From positions 1,888,001-1,952,000 of the forward strand of contig CBDCGL010000011.1 in NCBI GenBank assembly GCA_965216755.1: 64,000 nucleotides of DNA, given 5' to 3'. Shown here one piece after another: positions 40,188-51,290 of the stretch. A program made the position numbers and the translations under genes. The number at the start of each line of letters is the position of its first letter. Positions within the stretch are counted from its first letter, which is position 1. Source of the DNA: Alphaproteobacteria bacterium (GTDB taxonomy: Bacteria; Pseudomonadota; Alphaproteobacteria; UBA7887). The notes under the pieces are model-generated. The model did not search any database. It was not told the origin of the DNA and was given only the letters and a program-made list of their open reading frames with translations.

Positions 40188-42644
40188 CTAGTACAAGCTG
40201 CTGTCAAACGATGGTGCCGCATCTGGCCGCTGGGCAGCGCCGACAGTCGTCACGCCGGGCGTCGCGGTCGTCCGCGGCTCGGTGCCAGGCCGAAACGCTT
40301 CCAGGATCACGCGTTTGCTATTTGGACCGGGCAAGACGCCGGTTTCGGCATCAATACGCACCATGCGGATGGATGGCGGAATTCGAAATGGAATGGCGGG
40401 TTCGCCCTCCAGCGCCATTTCAAAGAACGCTTTAAACACAGGCGCGGCGACGTTGGAGCCGGTTTCTTTCGGCCCCAGTGTGCGGGGTTCGTCAAATCCA
40501 ATGAAAACACCCACCACCAAATCGGGCGAGAATCCTACGAACCACGTATCAAAGCTCTCATTGGTCGTGCCGGTCTTGCCAGCCAGCGGGCGCCCCAGTG
40601 TGGAGATGCGCCGCCCGGTGCCACGGTCGACCACGCCTTTCAGAATCCACGTCAACTGAAATGCCGTCGCCGGTGACGTCAGTCGCGGTCGTGTATCAAC
40701 CAAGGTTGGCACCGCGGTCACCGCTTGTACGCCCTGGCAGCCCGTACATTCGCGTTGATCGCGCCGATAGATGGTTTGGCCGTCTCGGTCTTGGATTCTT
40801 TCGATGATGGCAGGATCTACCTGCCGTCCGCCGTTTACCAAACTGGCATAGGCCGACACCAGATTTATCAGTGTGGTTTCGCCGGATCCGAGCGCGATTG
40901 ATAGTATCCCTGGGTAATTGCCGATCCCAAATCGGCGCGCCACTTCCTGAATGCTGCCAATGCCGATCTTGTTGGCCAGCCGCACCGTCATGACATTCCG
41001 CGACTTTTCGACACCGATCCGCATCGTCGATGGACCATAGAAGTCGCGGCTATAATTCTGCGGTTTCCAAATATCCAGCCCGGGCCCCTGCTCGATCGTG
41101 AAAGGCGCGTCCAATATCAGACTCGCCGGTGTATAGCCGTGTTCCAGAGCCGACAAATACACGAAAGGTTTAAATGCCGACCCAGGCTGACGGCGCGCTT
41201 GAGTCGCCCGATTGAACTCGCTTTCTTCGAAATTCCAACCGCCCGACATCGCCAAAACACGGCCTGTATGAGGGTCCAATGCGACAATCGCGCCTTCGAT
41301 GTTCGGTTTTTGGCGAAGATCATATAGATCATCACCGATATCCGGCGCCGAATCGTCATCCGCGCTCTCGCCGTCGGCCGTGGCTTCGCCGCGCGTCTCT
41401 GGGCGCTTCTCGACCAGCACGACGTCGCCAACGGCAACAACGTCGGCGGCGCTCTCAACATCGGGGCCAACCGTCTGGTCGGGCAACCACGGCCGCGCCC
41501 ACGACAAACCGTCAAAAGGCACCCGCCCCATTTGACCGTCGGCAAAGCCGACCATCGTATCGCTGCCGTCAAATCCCAAGACGACGGCAAGGCGCCACGG
41601 CAACGGCACCGCCGGCCGCCCGACGCGCATGAGGTTCATCGGCCAGTTCGCGTCGGCGGAGATCCTTTCGATAGGCCCGCGCCAACCGTGTCGTCGATCG
41701 TAGCCAATAAGGCCTTGGCGCAAAGCGTCCACGGCGATTGACTGCAAACGGGGATTTACCGTGGTTCGGACAGAAAGCCCGCCTTCATACAGGGCATCTT
41801 CGCCATAGAGCGCGGCGATCTGACGCCGGACCTCCTCGGTGAAAAACGGCGCATCGGCGAATACTTCAGCGCCGCGCTCGCGCATCACGATCGGCTCCGC
41901 CATGGCGGACGCCGCTTCATCAGGCCGGATATATCGGTCTTCCAGCATGCGCCGCAGCACGTAGTTGCGTCGCGCCCGCGCCGATTCGGGTTGGCGCTCA
42001 GGATGATAGTTGTTCGGTCCTTTTGGCAACCCGGCCAGATATGCAATTTCCGACAGGCTCAATTCGTCAAGTGAGCGATTGAAATAGTTGATCGCGGCCG
42101 CCGCAACGCCATAGGCCCGCTGTCCAAGGAAAATCTCGTTCAAGTAGAGTTCCAGTATTTCGGCTTTAGACAGAGCCTTCTCGATCCGCAGCGCCAGCAA
42201 GGCTTCCTTGATCTTTCGTTCATAGGAAACTTCCCCGGAAAGGAGAAAATTCTTGGCGACTTGCTGGGTGATTGTCGATGCTCCGATCAATCGCCGATTG
42301 CTGCCGATGTTGGAAATGTTTTGAACCGCCGCGCGGGCAATTCCAAATATGTCGACGCCCGGATGGCGTTGGAAATTCTTATCTTCCGCGGAAATGAAGG
42401 CCTGGATCAGCCGCCTGGGCATGGCTTGAATGGGCACGAAGACGCGTTTTTCGGTTGCGAATTCAGCCAACAGGCGGCCGTCGCCCGCATGGAGCCGGGT
42501 CAGCGTTGGCGGCTCGTAGGCGGCCAATTGACTGTAGTCGGGTAGTTCACGCCCGTAGTGGTAGAGCCCCCAGAGCACAGCACCGGCAAGCACCAACACC
42601 GCGAGCACGGCGCTCGCGGCCATAAAGCCAAGAAGTCTCAGCAT
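40188..42644 (-). CDS. mrcA: Penicillin-binding protein 1A
   Basis: AEDKNF..H.G, GASTITQQVAKN, RKIKE, RQPGSAFKP (SxxK), SRN, KTGT. Confidence 0.96.
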   Translation of the reverse strand: MLRLLGFMAASAVLAVLVLAGAVLWGLYHYGRELPDYSQLAAYEPPTLTRLHAGDGRLLAEFATEKRVFVPIQAMPRRLIQAFISAEDKNFQRHPGVDIFGIARAAVQNISNIGSNRRLIGASTITQQVAKNFLLSGEVSYERKIKEALLALRIEKALSKAEILELYLNEIFLGQRAYGVAAAAINYFNRSLDELSLSEIAYLAGLPKGPNNYHPERQPESARARRNYVLRRMLEDRYIRPDEAASAMAEPIVMRERGAEVFADAPFFTEEVRRQIAALYGEDALYEGGLSVRTTVNPRLQSIAVDALRQGLIGYDRRHGWRGPIERISADANWPMNLMRVGRPAVPLPWRLAVVLGFDGSDTMVGFADGQMGRVPFDGLSWARPWLPDQTVGPDVESAADVVAVGDVVLVEKRPETRGEATADGESADDDSAPDIGDDLYDLRQKPNIEGAIVALDPHTGRVLAMSGGWNFEESEFNRATQARRQPGSAFKPFVYLSALEHGYTPASLILDAPFTIEQGPGLDIWKPQNYSRDFYGPSTMRIGVEKSRNVMTVRLANKIGIGSIQEVARRFGIGNYPGILSIALGSGETTLINLVSAYASLVNGGRQVDPAIIERIQDRDGQTIYRRDQRECTGCQGVQAVTAVPTLVDTRPRLTSPATAFQLTWILKGVVDRGTGRRISTLGRPLAGKTGTTNESFDTWFVGFSPDLVVGVFIGFDEPRTLGPKETGSNVAAPVFKAFFEMALEGEPAIPFRIPPSIRMVRIDAETGVLPGPNSKRVILEAFRPGTEPRTTATPGVTTVGAAQRPDAAPSFDSSLY

Positions 42645-42828
42645 GTCTTACCGATGTGGAGCCCGACTTGTTCGACCAGATCTACAATCAATCTAGAGCC
42701 ATTTCAGTTGGCTGAAACGAGCCATACGCACTATCACCCGATTGGGGCGACGATATGGCACGACGTACCGGCAATCGCCGAAATTGTCCATCAAGGTTGT
42801 TACAGTCGATTGGTCGCGGGCGCGGTAC

Positions 42829-44118
42829 TCACATGCTACCAGCGATACGGGTGTCAAAATGACGGTGAACCGCACGCGCAATAGAAGTCACCAACGGCGC
42901 CCGAGATGACCGATCAACGAGCATTCTTTCGTCTTCCACGTTCGACAGAAATCCCAATTCAATCAGGATCGACGGTACGTCCGGTGCCTTCAAAACAGCA
43001 AATCCCGCCTGCCGATGCGGCTTTCGCACCGTATGCACGCCGGTGACTCGAAACTCGTCAACGACCGTGTCCGCGATATCCGACGAAACATTGTTTGTCT
43101 CGCGCTGCGCGAGATCCAACAAAATGCTGCCGACCTCGGCGGTAAACATCGTCAGATCAACGCCAGCAATAATATCGGCGCGATTTTCTTTGGCCGCTAG
43201 GGCTGCCGCCTCGGCGTCAGAAGCCTTCTCTGAGAGCGAATAGACGTGGGCGCCACGTATGGAGCGATCGTCAATCGTATCCGCGTGCAACGACAAGAAC
43301 AGATCCGCACCGCGTTCGCGCGCGATCGCAACGCGGTCACGGAGCCGCAAGAATATGTCCTGTGCGCGAGTCAGAGCCACTTGGTAGCGGCCGGTCTGTT
43401 CCAGCTTGGTCTTCAAGTCGCGGGCGACGGCCAAAGCGATATCCTTCTCATGGATACCGCCGCGTCCCGTGGCACCCGGATCGATACCGCCATGGCCCGG
43501 ATCGATGACGACAGTGAATTTGTTTCCGTCGCGCCGCGGTTTGCGCATCGGCGGTGCCACACGCGGTTGGGCAGAATCGACCGCCGGCACCGTGGCGTTA
43601 GGTCGTGCTCTTGCGGTTTCAGGCTTCGGAGGACGCACCGCCGCCGCCAAGAACGCCTCTTCGGTCACAGGCTCCAGATCGATCACCAGCCGAAACGGTC
43701 GTCCCTCGCCGGGCGGCAACACGAAATCGCGTACGATGGTCGCAGGTTGGCTCAAATCCAACACCATGCGCGAAGTGCCCGATTCGAACAGGCCATATCG
43801 AAATCCCGCCACCAACCCAACATCTTGCTGGCCCGGCTGCGGCCCAGGCGGCAACTCGAAAACCAACTGAGGAAAATCGATGACCAGGCGATTTGGTTCC
43901 GACAGCGAGAAATACGAGTAGGTTGGTGCCGACGCCGCCTCAAGCACAAAGCGCGTATGTTTAGGATGCGCCCAAGCGCGCACAGAGGTGACGCGGTTTT
44001 CACCCGCTTCCACCCGCGGCACCCAGGCAGCCACGGTGACGACTGCCATGATCAGCACGATCACCGGGCGCAAAAGGCGCCAATCTGCAAAAGTGCGAAT
44101 CGCGTCCATTGTCCTCAT
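42829..44118 (-). CDS. amiC: N-acetylmuramoyl-L-alanine amidase (AMIN + Amidase_3)
   Basis: RLVID AMIN repeats; IDPGHGGIDPGA, EKDIAL, SLHAD, AGFAVLKAPDVPSILIELGFLSN. Confidence 0.92.
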   Translation of the reverse strand: MRTMDAIRTFADWRLLRPVIVLIMAVVTVAAWVPRVEAGENRVTSVRAWAHPKHTRFVLEAASAPTYSYFSLSEPNRLVIDFPQLVFELPPGPQPGQQDVGLVAGFRYGLFESGTSRMVLDLSQPATIVRDFVLPPGEGRPFRLVIDLEPVTEEAFLAAAVRPPKPETARARPNATVPAVDSAQPRVAPPMRKPRRDGNKFTVVIDPGHGGIDPGATGRGGIHEKDIALAVARDLKTKLEQTGRYQVALTRAQDIFLRLRDRVAIARERGADLFLSLHADTIDDRSIRGAHVYSLSEKASDAEAAALAAKENRADIIAGVDLTMFTAEVGSILLDLAQRETNNVSSDIADTVVDEFRVTGVHTVRKPHRQAGFAVLKAPDVPSILIELGFLSNVEDERMLVDRSSRAPLVTSIARAVHRHFDTRIAGSM

Positions 44119-44713
44119 TCAGTGGGCATAGAGCTCAGTGCTGCTACGCCATCTTGCTAATTTCCGCTAACCCGATGACTCTTGGGCATATATTTACCAT
44201 ATAGTTGTGTGTATCGCATGCCCTTTCCACTCCAACACGGGCAAAAAACACGGCATATCGGCCCCAAAACCCAGCGCTGCCGGCTCTTTGCAATATCTAC
44301 ATCGCCCGTTGAGCGCGATCAGACAAGTGACTATGATTGGACATTGCCACGTACCTCTATTGTCCTCGGTTTGCCGTGTATCCCCCGTGGGGCCTGGGCT
44401 TGGATACCGCGAAACTGCGGGGCAACGACGGAAGCGCCCGTCGAGACGATGAGAAAACGTGGTGTGTAGCCCGGCAGCCGTCGGGTGATCTGTAAGATCA
44501 CGGAGTTTCTTAACGTGACCCCAAACCGTGCGGAGCACCGCACCGCGCAGACGGTGTATTTGCATACTGGTCCTGGAGGCCGGGTGCGGACGCGATGGCG
44601 TGCGTCTGCACCGAGCCGTCCACAGCTCGAACACGGTATTGGGGCAAACCATAACGCGACGCCGCGGGGCCAACCGGACCCTGCACGGCTGACGCGCGAA
44701 GGACCAAACCTGA

Positions 44714-47392
44714 ATGTCAACGAAAATGCTTATCGATGCGGCCCACGACGAGGAGACTCGGGTCGTTGTGTTGAAAGGGAAGTCGCTAGAAGAATTTGAC
44801 TTCGAAACCTCCACCAAACAACAGATCAAAGGAAACATTTACCTCGCTAAAGTGACACGGGTCGAACCGTCCCTGCAGGCTGCCTTTGTTGACTATGGCG
44901 GCAATCGACACGGTTTTCTGGCCTTTAGCGAAATACATCCCGATTACTACCAAATCCCCATCGCGGACCGTGAGGCCCTGATCCAGGGAGAGGGCGGCGA
45001 GGCAGATGGGAATGGCGTCAAGGCCAACGGCGAGGCCAAGAACAGCGGCGACGAAGGCGGCAACGGTAGCGTAGAGACCGTGAGTGGCGAGGAAATCGAC
45101 GAGATCTCGCGACGCCCGCCAATCCACCAGCGTTATCGCATTCAAGAAGTTATCAAGCGCCGGCAGATCATGTTGGTGCAGGTTGCCAAAGAGGAACGCG
45201 GCACCAAGGGCGCCGCGCTCACGACGTTTATCTCGCTTGCCGGGCGCTATTGCGTACTGATGCCCAACACCACCCGGGGTGGCGGGATTAGCCGGAAGAT
45301 CCAGTCTGGTGAAGCCCGCAAACGCCTGCGTGCTGTTGTCAGCGCTCTGAATTTGCCAGACGGCATGGCCGTGATTCTGCGGACGGCCGGACAAGAACGC
45401 TCCAAAGCTGAGATCAAACGTGACTATGAGTATCTGGTCAGGGTGTGGGACACCATTCGCGAACTCACCATGACCTCGACCGCGCCAGCGCCGATTTTCG
45501 AAGAAGCCAATTTGATTCGCCGCTCCATACGGGATCTCTATCGACCTGATATCGAAGAGATCTTGGTGGAGGGCGACGCTGGTTACCGCGTCGCCAAGGA
45601 GTTCATGCGAACTCTGATGCCCAGCCGCGCCAAATTGGTGCAACCCTACCGCGACGCACTCCCCCTCTTCCAGCGCTTCCAGGTTGAAAGTCAGCTCGAC
45701 GCAATGCACAGCGACACCGTGCAATTACGCTCTGGCGGCTACATTGTCATTAATCCGACCGAGGCTCTGGTTGCCATCGACGTCAATTCGGGTCGCGCAA
45801 CGAAAGAGCGCAACATCGAAGAAACGGCGACCAAAACCAACCTCGAAGCCGCAGAAGAAGTAGCCCGCCAGTTGCGCCTACGTGACTTGGCCGGATTGAT
45901 TGTGATCGATTTCATCGATATGGAGGAGTCGCGCAACTGCCGCGCTGTCGAAAAACGGTTGAAAGAAGCTGTGCGCTCTGACCGCGCACGCATTCAAATG
46001 GGTCGAATTAGTCCATTCGGGCTGCTCGAATTGTCCCGGCAGCGCCTGCGGCCTAGTCTGATCGAAGCGAGTTCGGAGATCTGCGCGACCTGCCACGGTC
46101 TGGGTCGCGTGCGTTCGGTCGAGTCGACTGCGCTGCAAGCCTTGCGCGCCGCCGAGGAAGAGTCTCTGCGCGACCGTGCCGATGAACTGTGTCTATCAGT
46201 GCCGACACCCGTGGCGTTGTATCTTTTGAACAACAAGCGGACGCTGTTATCAGAGATCGAGACCCGTTACAAACTGCAGATCCGGATCGCCGCAGACGAC
46301 GCGTTGGCACCGCCCGGGATCAAGGTCGAGGTGCTGGCCCCACGGACCACCGATGCGCCCGACGCGGTGGAGGCCAAAGAGACGGCAGACAAAATGGTTG
46401 CCGAGGCTGAACCGGAGAAAGACGGCGAAGGGCGCCGCCGCCGCTCGCGGCGACGACGCGGACGTGCCAGCGGCGAAAGCGAGACCAGCACCGAAAAGCC
46501 GGTCGAAGCCAAGGGAAACAAGGACGCTGACGCCGAAGGCGAGGCGCCTGGCGAAGACCGTGCACCGCAGCATTCCGCAGATGGCGATGGCGAACCGGGT
46601 CGTCGGCGCAGACGCGGACGGCGTGGCGGACGCCGGCGTGGGCGTGGCCGCGAGGTCCAGGCCACAGCCGACATCTCGGACGATAGCGCCGAGTCGCCAG
46701 TGGAACCACGTACCGCTGTTGCGGATCAACCAGAGACCGCGGAGCCAAGTACCGCTGCTGCGGATCAACCAGAGACCGCGGAGCCGAGTACCGCTATTGC
46801 GGATCAATCAGAGCCAGTCGCACCCGCGCCGACCGACAACGAACAATTCGCAAGCAAGCCGACGCCTGAGGACAAGCCGGCCACGACGGCGCCCAAGGCG
46901 CCCCGGCGGCGCGGACGCCGCCGCCCGGCGCCCAAGGCAGAGGCCAGTCTCGCGGCCACGGAAGATACCAAATCGCAAACCGTCGCCGCCGGCGGCGAAA
47001 CGACAGACCAAGCGGGGCCAACCGAAGTCGCAGCGGGTACCGGCGATGGCGATGCCGGGCCCAAACCCCGACGCCGGCGCGCGGCGGCGGGATCCAAGGA
47101 CGACGCGAAGGCGGCGAAGCCGAGGCGAACACCGCGCCGGCGCAGCAAGGCGACGACCAATGACGCCCCCCCACCCCCGGACACGCCCGCCGGCCCGGAT
47201 GCGGCAACGCGCCAACCGGAAGTGGTGCCAAGCCAACAGCCGGCAGCATCGGGAAATGGCAATGGCGGCGAGGCCGACCAGCGGCTCACCGATGACGCGC
47301 CGACATTGCCCGAAACCACGCCGGCCTTGCCTGGGGATTCCGACGGCCAACCTCGTCGCCGCGGCTGGTGGCAACGGATTACGGGCGCGTAG
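44714..47392 (+). CDS. rne: Ribonuclease E
   Basis: MLIDA...EETRV, GNIYLAKVTRVEPSLQAAFVDYG, IDVNSG, IDFIDM, CxxC zinc link; Arg-rich disordered C-terminus ending GWWQR. Confidence 0.97.
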   Translation: MSTKMLIDAAHDEETRVVVLKGKSLEEFDFETSTKQQIKGNIYLAKVTRVEPSLQAAFVDYGGNRHGFLAFSEIHPDYYQIPIADREALIQGEGGEADGNGVKANGEAKNSGDEGGNGSVETVSGEEIDEISRRPPIHQRYRIQEVIKRRQIMLVQVAKEERGTKGAALTTFISLAGRYCVLMPNTTRGGGISRKIQSGEARKRLRAVVSALNLPDGMAVILRTAGQERSKAEIKRDYEYLVRVWDTIRELTMTSTAPAPIFEEANLIRRSIRDLYRPDIEEILVEGDAGYRVAKEFMRTLMPSRAKLVQPYRDALPLFQRFQVESQLDAMHSDTVQLRSGGYIVINPTEALVAIDVNSGRATKERNIEETATKTNLEAAEEVARQLRLRDLAGLIVIDFIDMEESRNCRAVEKRLKEAVRSDRARIQMGRISPFGLLELSRQRLRPSLIEASSEICATCHGLGRVRSVESTALQALRAAEEESLRDRADELCLSVPTPVALYLLNNKRTLLSEIETRYKLQIRIAADDALAPPGIKVEVLAPRTTDAPDAVEAKETADKMVAEAEPEKDGEGRRRRSRRRRGRASGESETSTEKPVEAKGNKDADAEGEAPGEDRAPQHSADGDGEPGRRRRRGRRGGRRRGRGREVQATADISDDSAESPVEPRTAVADQPETAEPSTAAADQPETAEPSTAIADQSEPVAPAPTDNEQFASKPTPEDKPATTAPKAPRRRGRRRPAPKAEASLAATEDTKSQTVAAGGETTDQAGPTEVAAGTGDGDAGPKPRRRRAAAGSKDDAKAAKPRRTPRRRSKATTNDAPPPPDTPAGPDAATRQPEVVPSQQPAASGNGNGGEADQRLTDDAPTLPETTPALPGDSDGQPRRRGWWQRITGA
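46710..46813 (+). repeat. 39-bp in-frame tandem repeat (~2.7 copies) in the rne C-terminal region
   Basis: Units start at 46710, 46749 and 46788 (GTACCGCT..TGCGGATCAA.CAGAG...), encoding TA.ADQPETAEPS. Confidence 0.9.
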
Positions 47393-47429
47393 CTGGCGCG
47401 GGCGCGGCGGCGTCCACCGCCGGCGTCAG

Positions 47430-48575
47430 TTATACATCCCAGGCCAAAATGCGTTCGGCAGCCGCGACGATATCATCGTGGTGGCCGGCGAACGATATGC
47501 GCATGAAACGATGACCACGGCGCGGATCAAAATCGACGCCGGGCGTTGTCGCCACGCCGATTTCATCTAGCATGCGCGCGCACAGCACCTGGGCGTCGTC
47601 CGTCAAGTTGGAAACATCGGCGTAGATATAAAAGGCGCCATCGGCCGGAGCCAGCCTATCGAATCCCGCGCGCGGCAAAGCATCGAGCAGAACGGCACGA
47701 TTGCGCCGATAGATCTCCACATATCCGTCGAGGACGTCACGACAAGAAAAGGCGGCCAACGCGGCCCGCTGTGGCAGGGTCGGTGGCGAAATGAACAGAT
47801 TCTGTGCCAGGCGGTCGACGCCATCGACCAGATCGGTGGGGACGATCATCCAGCCAAGCCGCCACCCGGTCATGGCAAAGTATTTTGAGAAGCTATTGGC
47901 GATGACGCAGCTTTCCGAAAGACTGGCGACGCTAACGGCATCGGCTTGATAGGTGATGCCATGATAGATCTCGTCTGATATCAGGCGGACACCCTGGCTG
48001 TCGCACCATTCGACCAGAGCGCCGAGAGCGGCGCGATCGAGCATGGTTCCGGCGGGGTTCGATGGACTGGCGATCACCAGCCCGTCGAGCGGGCCCGCTT
48101 CCGCCAACATGTCCGGCGTCGGCTGAAAGCGGTCGGCCAAGGTCGCCGCAAGCGGGACCACTTCGATGCCCAATGCCGACAGAATGTTTCGGTAAGCCGG
48201 ATAGCTGGGCTCGGCCAGGGCCACTCTGTCTCCGGTGTCAAACGCGGCCAGGAACGCCAACATAAAGGCGCCCGATGCGCCAGTCGTTACGACAATACGA
48301 TCCACCGGAATTCTAACGCCATACGTGCCTTCATAATGGCCGGCAATGGCTTCTCGCAGCCCCCTCATCCCGCACGCTTCGGTGTAACCGAGCGGCTCAT
48401 TCGCCAAGGCGTCTTGCGCCGCGGCAATGACTGCCGGTGGCGCGCCGGCGGCCGGCTCGCCGACTTCAAGGCGCAAGATATGGGCTCCGCCGGCGGCGCG
48501 AGCGTTGGCGGCTCGAAACACCTCCATCGCGTAAAACGGTGCGACCGCGCTACGGCGCGCAACTTTCAGAACCAT
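47430..48575 (-). CDS. PLP-dependent class I/II aminotransferase
   Basis: LEVGEP, TTGASGAF, SPSNPAG, SDEIYHG, NSFSKYFAMTGWRLGW. Confidence 0.93.
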   Translation of the reverse strand: MVLKVARRSAVAPFYAMEVFRAANARAAGGAHILRLEVGEPAAGAPPAVIAAAQDALANEPLGYTEACGMRGLREAIAGHYEGTYGVRIPVDRIVVTTGASGAFMLAFLAAFDTGDRVALAEPSYPAYRNILSALGIEVVPLAATLADRFQPTPDMLAEAGPLDGLVIASPSNPAGTMLDRAALGALVEWCDSQGVRLISDEIYHGITYQADAVSVASLSESCVIANSFSKYFAMTGWRLGWMIVPTDLVDGVDRLAQNLFISPPTLPQRAALAAFSCRDVLDGYVEIYRRNRAVLLDALPRAGFDRLAPADGAFYIYADVSNLTDDAQVLCARMLDEIGVATTPGVDFDPRRGHRFMRISFAGHHDDIVAAAERILAWDV

Positions 48576-48723
48576 GATTTCCCCTATTGCAACTTGTCCC
48601 ATGGTGGCCCGTCAACGTCCGCCGCTTGCCACCAAAGATCTAGTCACAAGTTTGGACGGGTGACGTCATTGAATTGACCTGGTGTGATCGCTAGCTTTTG
48701 TCTAAGGAATCAGGAGCGCCCCA

Positions 48724-50100
48724 GTGGCATTCAATAAACTTACTATGGTCTGTGCTTGGCTCTTGGCCGTATTTCCGGCGATCGTGGCACCGGCCCACGC
48801 CCAAAAGCTATCACTCATTCGCGATTCTGAAATCGAGATGATTCTACGGGAGTGGGCGAATCCGCTGTTCGACGCCGCCGGGCTGGATCGATCGGCCGTA
48901 CGAATATTGATCGTTAACGATCAGCGGCTGAACGCCTTTGTGGCTGGTGGTCAAAACCTATTTCTGAACACCGGGCTGCTCATGTCCAGCGACGACCCGG
49001 ACCAAGTTATTGGCGTGATCGCACACGAGACTGGCCATATCGCCGGCGGCCACCTGGCGCGCACTGGCGATGCGTTGGAAAACGCACAGAACCTGTCGCT
49101 TTTGCACACACTGCTTGGTCTCGGCATCCTCGCTGCTGGTGCGGCCGCCGGCGCCAGTGGGACCACCGAAGTTGGCGGGGCCCTCATAGCCGGCGGCCAA
49201 CTCACGGGGGTTCGATCGTTCCTGCAATACACCCGGGCCCAGGAGAACGCCGCCGATCAGGCCGCGCTCACTTACCTCGATCGATCCGGCCGGACGGCGC
49301 GGGGGTTATTGACGTTCCTGGACAAACTCATCGATCAGGAGCTCTTGGTGGCAGACCGACAAGACCCGTATCTGCGCACCCATCCACTGACGCGCGACCG
49401 CATCGAGGTGATCGCGGCCCATACGGAAACGTCCGAATGGACCGACAGCATTGCCGATGCCCGCGTGCGCGATCAGCACGCGCGCATGCGCGCCAAGCTC
49501 AAAGGCTATCTCGACCGCCCACAAAGGGTCATGCGCGCTTATCCCGCCGGTGACCAAAGCTTGTACGGACGCTATGCGCGGGCAATTGCGCTGCATCGAC
49601 GATCCGATATGTCTGGCGCCCTAGCTGAAATCGACAGCCTGTTGGCGGAGCGACCGGAAGACCCGTTTTTTCATGAGATGAAGGGCCAGATCCTGCTCGA
49701 AAACGGCCGGGCAAACGACGCCATGGCCGCTTACGAAGCCGCCAATCGACTTCGGCCAGACGATCCATTGCTCCTTACCGGCTTGGCTCAAGCACAGCTC
49801 GAATCAGGTGATCCGGCCGTTACCGCACCAGCAATCGAGTCCTTGCAACGGGCGACCAGGCTAGATCAGGCCAACTCAACCTCTTGGCGTCTGCTTGCCG
49901 TGGCACATGGCCGCACCGGCGACGTCGGGGCTTCATCACTGGCCGCGGGCGAGCAAGCACTCCTCGAAGGCCGCCCGAAAGACGCGGTCTTGCATGCACG
50001 TCGCGCCGACCGAACTTATGCCGAGGGTTCGCCGGAGTGGCTGCGGGCACAAGACATACTGGAACTCGCCGAGCGACAAATCGACAATCTCAACAAGTAA
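48724..50100 (+). CDS. bepA: M48 metalloprotease with TPRs (BepA/YfgC-like)
   Basis: LIRDSEIE, NAFV.GG, HETGH (HExxH), E..AD, YLRTHP; signal peptide. Confidence 0.85.
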   Translation: MAFNKLTMVCAWLLAVFPAIVAPAHAQKLSLIRDSEIEMILREWANPLFDAAGLDRSAVRILIVNDQRLNAFVAGGQNLFLNTGLLMSSDDPDQVIGVIAHETGHIAGGHLARTGDALENAQNLSLLHTLLGLGILAAGAAAGASGTTEVGGALIAGGQLTGVRSFLQYTRAQENAADQAALTYLDRSGRTARGLLTFLDKLIDQELLVADRQDPYLRTHPLTRDRIEVIAAHTETSEWTDSIADARVRDQHARMRAKLKGYLDRPQRVMRAYPAGDQSLYGRYARAIALHRRSDMSGALAEIDSLLAERPEDPFFHEMKGQILLENGRANDAMAAYEAANRLRPDDPLLLTGLAQAQLESGDPAVTAPAIESLQRATRLDQANSTSWRLLAVAHGRTGDVGASSLAAGEQALLEGRPKDAVLHARRADRTYAEGSPEWLRAQDILELAERQIDNLNK

Positions 50101-50322
50101 TGATCAGCATAAAATCTAGCCGATCAAAAGTCTGCACTGTCTCATCCACCTGCGAACATATATTGATGTCAAAGCCCGAAGGTCAAAAGGGTGTGTAATT
50201 TGCGGCGGAGTGCAGAAAATAGCTTGTTCGCGCCAAGTGAAACTTGCATGCTAAGATAATGTGGTGCGTTTGACAGTCCCCGTATCTTAGGCTTTGTCCG
50301 CAAAATCCGGAGTGTTCGAGTC

Positions 50323-51093
50323 ATGCAATTTTCACGCCTGAAAATGGGCATTTCCAAAATCTGGCCCTTGGTCGCGATCGGTCTGGTGTTGACCCTTGGG
50401 CTCACGCCAGCATGGTCACAAGAGCAATTGACCGATGAGCAGATCGCAAATATTGAAAGTCTGATTCACAAATATATCGTCGAACACCCTGAGGTCATTG
50501 TCGAATCTGTACGCTCCTTGCGCGAACGCGAAGAGACCGCGGCGCGCGAGCGCGCGCAGCAGAACCTGGTTGATTTGCGTGAAAAACTCATCTCGGACCC
50601 GAATGCGCCAGCGGTCGGCGCTGCCGGCGCTGATGTGACGATCGTAGAGTTTTTTGACTACCGCTGCGGCTATTGTAAGGCGTCGCTGGCAGCCATACAG
50701 CAGATCTTGGACGAAGATAAGAATGTTCGCGTGGTCTTTAAGGAGTTCCCGATACTGAGCCCCGAGTCGGAGCGTGCCGCGCGCGCCGCACTGGCTGCAC
50801 ATCGGCAGGGCAAATATTTTGACTTGCACAACGCATTGATGGCGGCCCGTGGCTCATTCAGCGACGACCAAATTATGGAGATCGCCCAAGAAGTTGGCGT
50901 CGATTTGTCGGAAATGCGCCGCGACATGGACTCGCCCGAAATCCAGGCGATGCTGGATGAAAACATGGCACTGGCACAGGCACTGGATATCAGCGGCACG
51001 CCAACTTTTATCATTGGCGACTCTTTGTATCCGGGTGCCTTGGATGTGGAGACGCTGCGCGAGATGATCGCCAAACAGCGGTCATCCAGCTAG
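50323..51093 (+). CDS. DsbA-family thioredoxin (Com1/ScsC-like)
   Basis: EFFDYRCGYCK, KEFPIL, GTPTF; signal peptide; start may be 50344. Confidence 0.9.
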   Translation: MQFSRLKMGISKIWPLVAIGLVLTLGLTPAWSQEQLTDEQIANIESLIHKYIVEHPEVIVESVRSLREREETAARERAQQNLVDLREKLISDPNAPAVGAAGADVTIVEFFDYRCGYCKASLAAIQQILDEDKNVRVVFKEFPILSPESERAARAALAAHRQGKYFDLHNALMAARGSFSDDQIMEIAQEVGVDLSEMRRDMDSPEIQAMLDENMALAQALDISGTPTFIIGDSLYPGALDVETLREMIAKQRSSS

Positions 51094-51290
51094 TCGGACC
51101 GCGACCGCAGCGGTGAACGGCTCTTGGACTCTGGATGGTGCGGCGCAGTGCCCAGTTGTGGTGGTGCCAAACGACGTCACGACATGGCAGTGCATCGGAC
51201 CCGCAATTCGTGCAAACGCAATAACAAATAATGCCGCTTGGCGTTTCGGCCGCTGGTGGCAAATGACAACAACGGGGTCGCGCCAGAATC

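Noticed and set aside
46710-46813. Repeat as a possible CRISPR array
   Set aside because: No unique spacers, in-frame coding repeat, and no cas genes in the window
46353-47570. 405-aa Arg/Pro-rich alternative-frame ORF, and other long shadow ORFs such as 39684-40676, 43246-44160 and 44786-45724
   Set aside because: They overlap well-supported genes in GC-rich sequence and have no recognisable motifs
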